Origin: Gemmatimonadales bacterium
GTDB taxonomy: Bacteria > Gemmatimonadota > Gemmatimonadetes > Gemmatimonadales > GWC2-71-9
Reading direction: 5' to 3'
Assembly: GCA_044869265.1 (NCBI GenBank)
Contig: JBIOXD010000048.1
Coordinates: 16,002-80,001 of the forward strand
DNA length: 64,000 nucleotides
Position 1 is the stretch's first letter. Each line of letters begins with the position of its first letter. The position numbers were made by a program, and so were the translations under genes. The notes beneath the pieces are model-generated. The model had not been told where the DNA came from, did not search any database, and saw only the letters and a list, made by a program, of their open reading frames with translations. Shown here piece after piece: positions 16,394 to 25,586 of this stretch.

Positions 16394-17823
16394 AGACCGA
16401 CCTCTTCATTAATAACGAGTGGCGGCCGGCCACGTCCGGGAAGCGCTTTCCGGTCGAAAACCCCGCTACCGAGGAGAATCTGGCCGACGTTGCCGCCGCG
16501 GACGCGGCGGACGTCGACAATGCCGTGCGCGCTGCGCGGGCATGCTTTGAATCACAAGCGTGGCGGGAGCTGTCGGCCCGGAAGAGAGGAAGAATTCTTT
16601 TCAAGGCGGCGGATCTGCTGGAAGCCCGCCTCGACGAGATGGCCCGGCTCGAGACCGCCCAGAACGGCAAGACCCTGTTTGAATCGAAGATCGAGATCAC
16701 CATGACGATCAACACCCTGCGCTACTACGCGGGGTGGGCCGACAAGATCGTGGGCGACACGCTTCCCGTCGACGGGCTGTTCTTCGCGTACACGCTGCGC
16801 GAGCCTGTGGGTGTCGTTGGGGCGATCGTGCCGTGGAATTTTCCGCTCAACATCGCCAGCTGGAAGTTCGCCCCGGCGCTCGCCGCCGGTTGCACCGTCG
16901 TCCTGAAGCCGGCCTCGGAAACACCGCTCACTGCCCTGCTTTTCGCCGAGATCGTGCTCGAGGCCGGACTGCCGCCGGGTGCGTTCAACGTGGTGCCGGG
17001 GGGCGGGTCGACGGCGGGCGCGGCGCTCGTGCGTCATCCCGATGTCGACAAGATCTCGTTCACCGGCTCGACCGAGGTCGGCCGGCAGATCATGAAGATG
17101 GCCGCCGACACCAACAAGCGCGTGACGCTGGAGCTGGGCGGGAAGAGTCCCAACATCATTTTCGCCGACGCCGACCTGAAGGCTGCCGTGCGGGGCGCGC
17201 AGACCGGGATCTTCTACGGCAAGGGCGAGGTGTGCGCCGCCGGATCGCGGCTCCTGGTCGAGAAAGCCGTGCACCCGCAGGTGATCGAGCAGCTGGCCGA
17301 GGGGGCGAAGAAGATGACGCCCGGGGATCCGCTCGATAAGAACACGCGCTTGGGCGCGCTCGTGTCGAAGAAGCAGCAAGAGACGGTGTTGTCTTACATC
17401 AAGAAGGGCGTGGACGAAGGAGCGCGGCTCGTGGCGGGTGGGAAAGCGGCGAAACCCAACGGCAAGGGCTACTACGTCGAGGCGACGGTGTTCGACGCGG
17501 TGCAGCCGGAGATGACGATCGCGCGCGAGGAAATATTCGGCCCCGTGCTTGCGGTGCTGACGTTTGACGGCTTCGAGCAGGGAGTGAAGCTCGCCAACAA
17601 CACCATCTATGGGCTGGCGGCGGGGATTTGGACGAAGGACATCCAGAAGGCGCATCGCGCGGCGAAGGCCATTCGCGCGGGGACCGTCTGGATCAATTCG
17701 TACAACGTTTACGATTCCGGCGCTCCGTTCGGGGGCTTCAAAGCTTCCGGGTTCGGGAGAGATCTCGGCCGGGAAGCGCTGGATGGTTATCTCGAAACGA
17801 AAACTGTCTGGGTGGGCTTGTGA
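16390..17823 (+). CDS. NAD(P)-dependent aldehyde dehydrogenase
   Basis: 477 aa. FTGSTEVGRQI, catalytic LELGGKSPNII and GEVCAAGSRLLV, EEIFGPVL. Confidence 0.92.
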   Translation: MKTDLFINNEWRPATSGKRFPVENPATEENLADVAAADAADVDNAVRAARACFESQAWRELSARKRGRILFKAADLLEARLDEMARLETAQNGKTLFESKIEITMTINTLRYYAGWADKIVGDTLPVDGLFFAYTLREPVGVVGAIVPWNFPLNIASWKFAPALAAGCTVVLKPASETPLTALLFAEIVLEAGLPPGAFNVVPGGGSTAGAALVRHPDVDKISFTGSTEVGRQIMKMAADTNKRVTLELGGKSPNIIFADADLKAAVRGAQTGIFYGKGEVCAAGSRLLVEKAVHPQVIEQLAEGAKKMTPGDPLDKNTRLGALVSKKQQETVLSYIKKGVDEGARLVAGGKAAKPNGKGYYVEATVFDAVQPEMTIAREEIFGPVLAVLTFDGFEQGVKLANNTIYGLAAGIWTKDIQKAHRAAKAIRAGTVWINSYNVYDSGAPFGGFKASGFGRDLGREALDGYLETKTVWVGL

Positions 17824-17826
17824 TCC

Positions 17827-17854
17827 GGGAAGCGAGAAACGGGAAACGGGAAAC
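17827..17854 (+). repeat. 4 x 7-nt tandem array (GGGAAAC) filling an intercistronic spacer
   Basis: GGGAAGC GAGAAAC GGGAAAC GGGAAAC immediately followed by the thiolase GTG start (17855). It starts 4 nt after the ALDH stop. Confidence 0.9.
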
Positions 17855-19024
17855 GTGAACCGCGAGGCGTACATCAGCGTCGCATTGCGGACGCCCGTCG
17901 GAAGGCACGGCGGGTCGCTTGCGAACGTGCGACCTGATGATCTCGCCGCCATCCCGATCAAGGCGGTGGTCGAGCGGTCGGGAGTCGATCCCGCATCCAT
18001 CGACGACGTGATACTCGGCTGCGCCAACCAGGCGGGTGAGGACAACCGGAACGTCGCGCGCATGGCGTTGTTGCTCGCGGGATTGCCGGTGGAGGTCCCC
18101 GGTCAGACGGTGAACCGCTTGTGCGGGTCCGGTCTGCAAGCAGTGGCCAGCGCGGCGCAAGCCATCAAGGCCGGCGAAGGCGGGACGTTCATCGCGGGCG
18201 GTGTCGAGAGCATGACGCGCGCGCCCTATGTGATGCTCAAGCCAAGTGAAGCGTTCAGCCGCAAGACCCCCGAGGTCGCGGACACGACTGTGGGGTGGCG
18301 GTTCATCAATCCGAAGATGAAGAAGGACTGGACGATTTCGCTCGGTGAGACTGCCGAGGTGGTCGCCGAACGCTACAAGATCAGCCGCTTCGAACAGGAT
18401 GCGTTTGCGGTGCAGAGCCAGAACCGCGCGGAGAAAGCGCTCAAGGAATGCGTGTTCACGAATGAGCTCGTGCCGGTCACGCTGCCGGACGGCTCGACGT
18501 TTTCGAAAGATGAGTATCCGCGTCTCGGCACGACGATGGATTCGGTTGCGAAGCTCAAGCCGGCGTTCAAGAAGGACGGGTCGGTTACCGCGGCGAGCTC
18601 CAGTGGGATCAACGATGGAGCTGCCGCACTGCTCGTCTCGAAAGACAGGAAGAACGCTATCGCTAGAATCGTGACCACCGCGGTAGCCGGAGTCGATCCG
18701 AGCTGCATGGGGCTTGGGCCGATCCCAGCGACGAAAAAGGCACTCGAACGAGCCGGTCTGACGATCGATCGGATCGATATCGTCGAGCTCAACGAGGCAT
18801 TTGCGGCGCAGGCGATCGCCTGCATCCGGGATCTCAAACTCGATCCCGAGAAAGTGAACATCTACGGCGGCGGGATCTCGCTCGGTCACCCGCTCGGCTG
18901 CACGGGCGCTAAGCTGCTCACCACGCTTGTCCACGCCCTATCACGCCGTAACAAGCAGTTCGGTTTAGTGACCATGTGCATCGGCGTCGGTCAGGGCATC
19001 GCCATGATCGTGGAGCGCGTTTGA
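17855..19024 (+). CDS. Acetyl-CoA C-acyltransferase (thiolase)
   Basis: In-frame GTG at 17855 gives VNREAYISVALRTPVGRHGGSL. Active-site regions NRLCGSGLQA, NEAFAAQ, GGGISLGHPLGCTGA. The upstream part of ORF 17609.. overlaps the ALDH gene. Confidence 0.92.
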   Translation: MNREAYISVALRTPVGRHGGSLANVRPDDLAAIPIKAVVERSGVDPASIDDVILGCANQAGEDNRNVARMALLLAGLPVEVPGQTVNRLCGSGLQAVASAAQAIKAGEGGTFIAGGVESMTRAPYVMLKPSEAFSRKTPEVADTTVGWRFINPKMKKDWTISLGETAEVVAERYKISRFEQDAFAVQSQNRAEKALKECVFTNELVPVTLPDGSTFSKDEYPRLGTTMDSVAKLKPAFKKDGSVTAASSSGINDGAAALLVSKDRKNAIARIVTTAVAGVDPSCMGLGPIPATKKALERAGLTIDRIDIVELNEAFAAQAIACIRDLKLDPEKVNIYGGGISLGHPLGCTGAKLLTTLVHALSRRNKQFGLVTMCIGVGQGIAMIVERV

Positions 19025-19761
19025 TGGCCGCGTACGAGCGCGTCCTCGTCGAGATCAATGACCACATCGGGACGGTCACGCTGAACCGGCCCGACAAAGC
19101 GAATGCCTTCGATCCCGACATGTGCGACGATCTGCTCGAGGCGTTGCGGATGCTGGCGACTGCAGATCAAGTGCGCGTCATCGTGATCACCGGCGCGGGC
19201 AGGGCATTCTGCGCGGGCGCTGATCTCGGCGTGCTCGGCACGCAAGGCGAGCAGCTGGTGAAGGCCGGGAAGGACATTGCGCTCACGATCCGCGACGCGC
19301 CCAAGCCGGTGCTGGCGGCGGTGAATGGGGCTGCGGCGGGCGGCGGTGCCAACCTCGCGCTCGCCTGTGACTACCGCATCGCGTCGGATCAAGCGTCGAT
19401 CGGGCAGGTATTCCACAAGCTGGGCTTGGGCCCCGATTGGGGCGGCAGCTATTTCCTGCCACGGCTCACCGGCATCTCGAAAGCGCTCGAGCTCGTGTGG
19501 AGCGCGCGCATGGTGCCGGCAAGCGAAGCAGCGGAGCTCGGGCTGTTCGATCGAATCGTTCCCCCCCAGGCCCTAGGCCCCGAGACCCAGGCCCTAGCTG
19601 TTCGTTGGGCCGGCATGGCGCCGCTCGCAGTGCGGAAAGCGAAAGCAGCGCTGTACCGCTCGCTGCACAGCACGCTCGAAGAAATGCTCGACATCGAAAT
19701 CGCCGATCAGGAAGCGCTATTCGCTACTCCCGAAGCCCGCCAACTGATAAGGAATCGCTGA
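19024..19761 (+). CDS. Enoyl-CoA hydratase/isomerase family protein
   Basis: ATG 19024 overlaps the thiolase TGA. MAAYERVLVEINDHIGTVTLNRPDKANAF, ITGAGRAFCAGADL, AVNGAAAGGGANLALACDYR. Confidence 0.88.
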   Translation: MAAYERVLVEINDHIGTVTLNRPDKANAFDPDMCDDLLEALRMLATADQVRVIVITGAGRAFCAGADLGVLGTQGEQLVKAGKDIALTIRDAPKPVLAAVNGAAAGGGANLALACDYRIASDQASIGQVFHKLGLGPDWGGSYFLPRLTGISKALELVWSARMVPASEAAELGLFDRIVPPQALGPETQALAVRWAGMAPLAVRKAKAALYRSLHSTLEEMLDIEIADQEALFATPEARQLIRNR

Positions 19762-19762
19762 A

Positions 19763-20896
19763 ATGGTCCGCAAACTCCACAACTTCGACGACTGGATCGA
19801 CTACTTCAAATACTGGCAAGACTCGATCGGGCTGCCGCCCGGTGCGCTGCGTACCTTCGAGTTCGACGCGAAGTTCGGCGACCCGGAGGTACCGCACATC
19901 GAATTCGGGCATTACAAGGGCCAGCGTAAGTGGCCCACCGTGATGCATATCCCCGATCAGCGCATCCGCGACGCGCTCCTCAACCTCATCGTGTACCAGG
20001 GCGACACGGAATTCGCCTCGGTGGAGCAACAGCGCAATCTGCTCCACCACGCGCCATCCGATTACGACCTGCTCTCGTTGCAGCGCGTGATGACTGAGGA
20101 GATGCGGCACGGATGGCAGATGTCCTACCTGCTGTGTCAGCATTTTGGCGACGAAGGCAAGCGCGAGGCGGCGAAGCTGCTCGAGCGCCGCGCCGACGAA
20201 GGTGAACGTCTGCTTGGCTCGTTCAACGAGATCGTCGACAACTGGCTCGACTTCTTCACCTACACGCAGTTCATCGATCGCGACGGCAAGTTCCAGCTGA
20301 AGATGCTCTCCGTGTCCGCGTTCGATCCGCTGTCGCGCTCCATGGGGCCGATGCTGAAGGAGGAATCGTATCACCTGGGCACCGGCAACAATGGGCTGCT
20401 GCGGATCGTGAAAGCCGGGAAGATGCCGCCCGAGGTGATCCAGCGCTTCTTCTCTAAATGGATCCCCACGGCGTTCGACCTGTTCGGGACGGACAACTCC
20501 TCATCCGCGCATTGGGCGTATGTGTGGGGACTCAAAGGCCGCTACGACGAGCGCGAGAATCCGACGAACGGGAGCGCCGAGCCCGACAAGAGCAAGCTGA
20601 ATGAAATGGCGCGCAATCTGTATCGCCAGGAAATCGTGAAGTTGATCGAGCGGCTCAACATGTTCATTCCCGAGCGCGAGCTGCACCTCAAGGTCCCGGA
20701 CCTCAGGTTCAACCGCCGCATCGGCATGTACGCCCATCAGCACTTCACCGTGGATGGAGAGCCGATCGACGCGGCGAAGTATCCGGCGTACCTGGAATCG
20801 GTGATGCCGCGTCCCGAAGACGTGGCGCGGGTGCACGACATCGAGAAGGAGCCGGGCTGGATCGAGCCCAAAAAAGCCGACAGTCTGCAGCAGTGA
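19763..20896 (+). CDS. Ferritin-like diiron-carboxylate oxygenase, PaaA/BoxB-like (phenylacetic-acid-catabolic family)
   Basis: 377 aa. Two E-x-x-H diiron-type motifs (TEEMRHGWQM and KEESYHLGTG) at the spacing expected for the PaaA/BoxB family. Family assignment is by eye only. Confidence 0.55.
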   Translation: MVRKLHNFDDWIDYFKYWQDSIGLPPGALRTFEFDAKFGDPEVPHIEFGHYKGQRKWPTVMHIPDQRIRDALLNLIVYQGDTEFASVEQQRNLLHHAPSDYDLLSLQRVMTEEMRHGWQMSYLLCQHFGDEGKREAAKLLERRADEGERLLGSFNEIVDNWLDFFTYTQFIDRDGKFQLKMLSVSAFDPLSRSMGPMLKEESYHLGTGNNGLLRIVKAGKMPPEVIQRFFSKWIPTAFDLFGTDNSSSAHWAYVWGLKGRYDERENPTNGSAEPDKSKLNEMARNLYRQEIVKLIERLNMFIPERELHLKVPDLRFNRRIGMYAHQHFTVDGEPIDAAKYPAYLESVMPRPEDVARVHDIEKEPGWIEPKKADSLQQ

Positions 20897-21594
20897 CCGC
20901 CCCCCCGCGCCACCCGCTTGTCATCGCGCACCGGGGGGCCTCGGCGATTGAGCTGGAGAATTCCCTGGCTGCCTTTCGCGCCGCAGCCGGCCAGGGGGCG
21001 GACGCGGTCGAGTTAGACGTGCATGCGACGCTGGACGGCGAGCTGGTCGTCTTCCACGACCCGTCCATTATGGGCTTGCCTATCGCGCAGGCGCGCATCC
21101 ATGATCTGTCGCGGCTTCGGTTGCCGAACGGCGAGGCATTGCCAACCCTGGCTCAGGCGCTCGATGTCATCGGGCCCAAGCTCAAGGTGTTTGTCGAAGT
21201 CAAGGTGCTCGATCCGCGATGGGACGAGCGGCTGCTTGCGACGCTGGATCAGGGGCCCAATCCTGCCGGCTATGCAGTCCACAGCTTCGCCTTTCACGTG
21301 GTGCGGCGCCTGGGTCAGAAACGCCCTACCCTGCCGCGTGGCATTCTCTCCGAAGTGGAAACACGCTCGCCGAAACAGACGCTCGACGACGCAATGGCGC
21401 AGACGCTGTGGCAAGAGCGATCGAGCCTCGACGAGCACCTCGTGAAGACGGTGCACGACCTCGGCGCAAGCGTGATCGCCTGGACGGTGGACAATCCGAG
21501 CGATCTGGAGCGGTTCCTGCGTTGGGGAGTCGACGGTCTCTGCACGAATCATCCCGAGCGAGCTCGCCGAGTAGTCGACGCGCGAGCCGCGTGA
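20893..21594 (+). CDS. Glycerophosphodiester phosphodiesterase family protein
   Basis: 233 aa. VIAHRGAS...ENSLAAFRAA...GADAVELDVHATLDGELVVFHD, C-terminal GVDGLCTNHPE. GTGA overlap with the upstream gene. Confidence 0.85.
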   Translation: MTAPPRHPLVIAHRGASAIELENSLAAFRAAAGQGADAVELDVHATLDGELVVFHDPSIMGLPIAQARIHDLSRLRLPNGEALPTLAQALDVIGPKLKVFVEVKVLDPRWDERLLATLDQGPNPAGYAVHSFAFHVVRRLGQKRPTLPRGILSEVETRSPKQTLDDAMAQTLWQERSSLDEHLVKTVHDLGASVIAWTVDNPSDLERFLRWGVDGLCTNHPERARRVVDARAA

Positions 21595-21604
21595 AGAACC
21601 CACC

Positions 21605-22471
21605 GTGACCCGCGTTGCCGTGATCGGCGCCGGGACGATGGGGCACGGCATCGCCTACGTCGCCGCGATCGCGGGCTACGACGTGCGACTCACCGATGCC
21701 AGAACGGAATCCTTGCCGCGGGCGATGGAGAAGATCGAAGCCCTGTTCGCGGGGGGACTAAAGCGAGGTAAGCTGACAGAAGCGGACGCGTCGGCAGCGA
21801 GGGGCCGTGTCCGCACGGTCGGTGCAATCGGTGAGGCGGTTACCGAAGCCGACGTCGTCATCGAAGCGATCGTGGAAGACCTTGTCACCAAGCAACAACT
21901 ATTCGTCGAGATCGAGCGGGCCGCCCCTCCGGCAGCGCTGCTCGCCTCCAACACGTCGTCGCTTTCGATCGCCCAAATCGCGACCGCCATGCAGAAGCCT
22001 GCGCGGCTCGTTGGCATGCATTTCTTCAACCCCGTCCACGTCATGAAGCTCGTCGAGGTCATCACGCACGGGCCCGACAGCCTGGTCGAAGCGGAACGCG
22101 CGGTCGAGCTCGCTCGGCGGCTCGGCAAGGAGCCGATCGTGGTCCGCGATTCTCCCGGTTTTGCCTCGAGTCGACTCGGCGTCGTGTTGGGCCTCGAGGC
22201 GATGCGGATGCTCGAGCAGGGCGTGGCGAGTGCCGAGGACATCGATAAGGCCATGGAGCTGGGCTACAACCATCCGATGGGACCGTTGAAACTGACGGAT
22301 CAGGTCGGCCTCGATGTGCGCCTCGCCATCGCCGAGTATCTGCACGACACGCTGGGCAAGGCGCAGTACGAGCCGCCCAGGATTCTCCGCGAGAAGGTGG
22401 CTAGGGGCGAGGTCGGGCGGAAATCCGGTAAAGGATTTTATACCTGGACCTCGCCCGAACTCGACCCTTGA
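21605..22471 (+). CDS. hbd: 3-hydroxybutyryl-CoA / 3-hydroxyacyl-CoA dehydrogenase
   Basis: 288 aa. Rossmann VAVIGAGTMGHGIA, SNTSSLSI, GMHFFNPVHVMKLVEV, GFASSRL, NHPMGPLKLTDQVGLD. Confidence 0.92.
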   Translation: MTRVAVIGAGTMGHGIAYVAAIAGYDVRLTDARTESLPRAMEKIEALFAGGLKRGKLTEADASAARGRVRTVGAIGEAVTEADVVIEAIVEDLVTKQQLFVEIERAAPPAALLASNTSSLSIAQIATAMQKPARLVGMHFFNPVHVMKLVEVITHGPDSLVEAERAVELARRLGKEPIVVRDSPGFASSRLGVVLGLEAMRMLEQGVASAEDIDKAMELGYNHPMGPLKLTDQVGLDVRLAIAEYLHDTLGKAQYEPPRILREKVARGEVGRKSGKGFYTWTSPELDP

Positions 22472-22490
22472 TCGCAGGACGGTCTACCGT

Positions 22491-24164
22491 TTAGACGGTC
22501 ACGGTGTTGGTCAGGCAGTAAGTGGATGGCGTAGAACCAGACTTGACGTGGCGTACTCGCGCTTGGAACAAACCCGTCTGACCACCGAGGATGTAGAAAT
22601 ACTGCGTGACCCCAGGGGATTGAGTGGAAACCACGTTCCACACGCCGTTGTACCAGATCGACACTTCGGTCGAGGCACTAGCATCCCCGTTCGTCCACGA
22701 GACCTTCAGGTAGCCCGACGGGGGAGGGATTTTTTGGAGCGTGCAGTTCGTGGGTGGCGCGAGTGGTGAAGCATCGACGGCCGCCGCCGCCTTGACGAGC
22801 CCATGGCCGAATTGGTCATCCCGACCAACGGGACCAAGATCCTCTGCGGTGGCGAACAGCTTATCGCGCACCTGTTCATTTGACCAAGTCGGGTTCTTAG
22901 CCTTAACCAGTGCTGCCGCCCCCGCGACGTGAGGTGCGGCCATGGACGTGCCGCACCAAAGCTCGGTGGTCTCATCTTCATAGGCGTCGCCCGGAACCGT
23001 GCTCAGCGCCCAAAACGGCGCAGCGAGGTCCACATGCACACCCCAGTTCGACGCGGAGCCCCTGCACGGGCTCGTGCTCGCGAAGGACTTGTTCGGCTGC
23101 ACTCCCGAAACGCCGATCACGTCGGTGTAAAACGCGGGGTAGACCACCTGGTTCCCACCGTCGTTACCGGCTGCAGCGACGATGACAATGTTGTTATCCC
23201 ACGCTTCAGCCACGGCCTGGCTCTGGGCGAGATCGAATGGGAGCTGGAGGCTCAGGCTTAGCACGTTCGCTGTAAAAATCGCCGCGTTGATACCAGCAGT
23301 CACTTCTGTGGTCGGACACGAGCCCCCGGAGCTGCAGGCGCCGTAGACGTAGACGTCCGCCGGGTTGACTCCGGGAGCGACGCCGATTACACCGATGGAA
23401 TTATTCCGCGCCGTCCAGATTCCGAGAACATGGGTACCGTGGCTGTTGGGGTAGACGTCGTTGCAGCCACCGCTACTCCCAGCACAATTGAGATCCGGCA
23501 CCAGCGGGAGGTCTTCGTGACCTTGGTCGTGCCCCGTATCGATGATTTGGATCTTCGCGCCGGCGCCCGTGGTTACGGCGTGGGCGGAAGGGGCTCCGAG
23601 CAGCGCGATGCCCCATGGCACTGTCTGTGTCACGACGTGGACCATGTCAGATTTGGCGAATCGGCGGCGAGTACCGAGGATTGCGCCGTGTTGTCGTGGC
23701 TCGACGTAGTCAACGAGGGGGTTGGATCTCAGAGCTGCCGCAACGGTGGCATCCATGCGTACGTGAGCTGCCCCGATGGCGTCATACAAATCGAGAACCT
23801 GGGCTCCCTGTGCTTGAAGAAGTTCCAGTCCGGCCGCGACCGTTGCCGCGCTGACCGCCGCCCGCACGCCTGTTTGTAGCACACGGCTGCTCGCTGGTTC
23901 CTTAAATGCGACGACGGCGTGGCCGGACTCCGCGGCGACGGCTGCGACGAGCGCGACGTCACTCGTATCCCAGGGGCGCGGTGCTGGGGGCAGGTCCATT
24001 CGGACCTCGGGCACATCGAGTGGTCCCCCTGTGCGCGCCGCAGCAGTGAAGGTTGGCCGACGAGCTTGCCGAGAAGCCGAGTCATTCGTCGGCGATTCGG
24101 AGCAGGCCACAACACCGATGACGAGCGCAAGTAGCAGTGAGTGAGCTTTCTCTCGGTGCAGCAT
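22491..24164 (-). CDS. S8 (subtilisin) family serine peptidase, lipoprotein, C-terminal Ig/Fn3-like domain
   Basis: Catalytic triad contexts [30 protein letters not shown] precedes ATG 24164, giving MLHREKAHSLLLALVIGVVAC (lipobox). The longer ORF start at 24260 lacks an SD. Confidence 0.88.
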   Translation of the reverse strand: MLHREKAHSLLLALVIGVVACSESPTNDSASRQARRPTFTAAARTGGPLDVPEVRMDLPPAPRPWDTSDVALVAAVAAESGHAVVAFKEPASSRVLQTGVRAAVSAATVAAGLELLQAQGAQVLDLYDAIGAAHVRMDATVAAALRSNPLVDYVEPRQHGAILGTRRRFAKSDMVHVVTQTVPWGIALLGAPSAHAVTTGAGAKIQIIDTGHDQGHEDLPLVPDLNCAGSSGGCNDVYPNSHGTHVLGIWTARNNSIGVIGVAPGVNPADVYVYGACSSGGSCPTTEVTAGINAAIFTANVLSLSLQLPFDLAQSQAVAEAWDNNIVIVAAAGNDGGNQVVYPAFYTDVIGVSGVQPNKSFASTSPCRGSASNWGVHVDLAAPFWALSTVPGDAYEDETTELWCGTSMAAPHVAGAAALVKAKNPTWSNEQVRDKLFATAEDLGPVGRDDQFGHGLVKAAAAVDASPLAPPTNCTLQKIPPPSGYLKVSWTNGDASASTEVSIWYNGVWNVVSTQSPGVTQYFYILGGQTGLFQARVRHVKSGSTPSTYCLTNTVTV

Positions 24165-24488
24165 TGGATCCTCCCTTCGCTTGAGGACTCTCGAGCATGC
24201 GGAGGTTGCGTCTAACGATTTGAAAAAGGGACGAGCGCGATTGCGTGAGGTAGAGTCCAAAGACGAGTGGAGTCGTCCAAAACCGGGATTAAATCGCGGG
24301 GTGTTGTACTAACGAGTGCAGTACGCCCAATCAACGAGCGGTGAAGCAGTAGACCATCAGGGAGATAAGCGGCCGATACGAGTGGCGAGTGGTGCGATTG
24401 GATATTCGGCAACCATTTTTTGAGCCAGCGCCGGGGCGCGCACTGGTGGATCGGTCAACTCGTGATTCTCTTGCTCTGCGGCTCGGCG

Positions 24489-25586
24489 CTAGGGGCTGGA
24501 AAACCGCCACACTCCCGCTCCACCACTTCCAAGGCGAGTGCCGATCACAAGTCTGCCCTCACCGTCGATCGTGACGGCGAGCCCGCCGCCAGCCCCCGCA
24601 GGTACGGGCAAGGTGTCCCAGGTCGCTCCATCATCACAGCTCCTGTAGAGCCCTAAATCGCTCCACGGCGGCCCTTGTCCACTTGGCGGAAAGCGGAGGT
24701 TCTCCCTGGCCACCGCGTAAAGCGTGGCATTCAGTTGGGCTAACGCGAAGACCTGGCCTTCACGCCGCGGGCGCAGTCGATAGGTCCACGTCTTGCCCGC
24801 ATCGTCCGAGCGAAGCACGCCTCCCGAAAGTCCTGCCCATACGCGATTGGAATTCTCGGGGTCAATCAAGAGCGCCTGAACAGCGTTCTCAAACCTTGGC
24901 GTGGGGTCGACGAATTCCCACGAAGTGCCGCTATCAGCGCTGCGCCAGATGACGGCGGTGAAGATTGAGGTCTCGCCACCAGCCCAGACTCGGCCCTGGG
25001 CGCTGGCGGCAACCGCGATCGTCCGGATCTGACCGCCCCCAATTTGACTTTCGTCACCTTGGACGAAGGCCCAAGTGCGTCCGCCGTCTTCGGACCGTAC
25101 AATCTGATCAAAGTACCCCATGAACAGTCTGTGCGGACGGTCCGGATTCATGCCGAGTGAATATGCCCAGCCTCGGTTTCCACGCCGGGCAGCGAGGCCA
25201 CCGTCCCAGGGGAGCCAGGTTGCGCCTCGATCTTCGGTCGCGAACACGGCGGCGTCAGTTTGCTCGTCGCTGTAAGGATAAACGCCAACGAGGAGACGGT
25301 CGGTCGATCCAGGTACGAATAAGATGGAAGACACAATGGCGTGATCTAAGCCGAGTGGTTGCCAGGTACTGTCGGCGAGGTGAAAGACACCGTTGTCGTG
25401 CGTACCGGCGTACATGCCCCAGGGGGTCGCTGCAAGGGCCGTTATCCACTGGTTCTCGAGGCCCAGAAAGGTCCAAGAGCCGCTCGTGGTCTCGAGTGAG
25501 CAGCCCTGAGGCCCAGCCGACGAATCGCCGCACGCCGACAGGAACGCCGCAGTGCAGGCAATGACCCAACTACGCGCGTCGTTCAT
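24489..25586 (-). CDS. Asp-box (BNR) repeat beta-propeller lipoprotein, copy 1
   Basis: 365 aa. Lipobox AAFLSAC. Five S/T-x-D-x-G-x-(T/S)-W Asp-boxes (TEDRGATW, SEDGGRTW, SADSGTSW, SDDAGKTW, SCDDGATW). Confidence 0.75.
   Translation of the reverse strand: MNDARSWVIACTAAFLSACGDSSAGPQGCSLETTSGSWTFLGLENQWITALAATPWGMYAGTHDNGVFHLADSTWQPLGLDHAIVSSILFVPGSTDRLLVGVYPYSDEQTDAAVFATEDRGATWLPWDGGLAARRGNRGWAYSLGMNPDRPHRLFMGYFDQIVRSEDGGRTWAFVQGDESQIGGGQIRTIAVAASAQGRVWAGGETSIFTAVIWRSADSGTSWEFVDPTPRFENAVQALLIDPENSNRVWAGLSGGVLRSDDAGKTWTYRLRPRREGQVFALAQLNATLYAVARENLRFPPSGQGPPWSDLGLYRSCDDGATWDTLPVPAGAGGGLAVTIDGEGRLVIGTRLGSGGAGVWRFSSP

Noticed and set aside
19555-19600. Direct 12-nt repeat CCCAGGCCCTAG ... CCCAGGCCCTAG resembling the 48375 heptamer family.
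   Set aside because: It lies inside the crotonase coding frame (PPQALGPETQALAV), where a normal helix-encoding segment is expected. There are only two copies and they are not tandem, so it is probably coincidental.
24165-24488. Small ORF 24212..24412 (-) and a possible hidden gene in the lower-GC 324-nt gap upstream of the subtilase.
   Set aside because: The ORF has no SD, odd composition and no motif. The region is better explained as the promoter/leader of the S8 peptidase gene.
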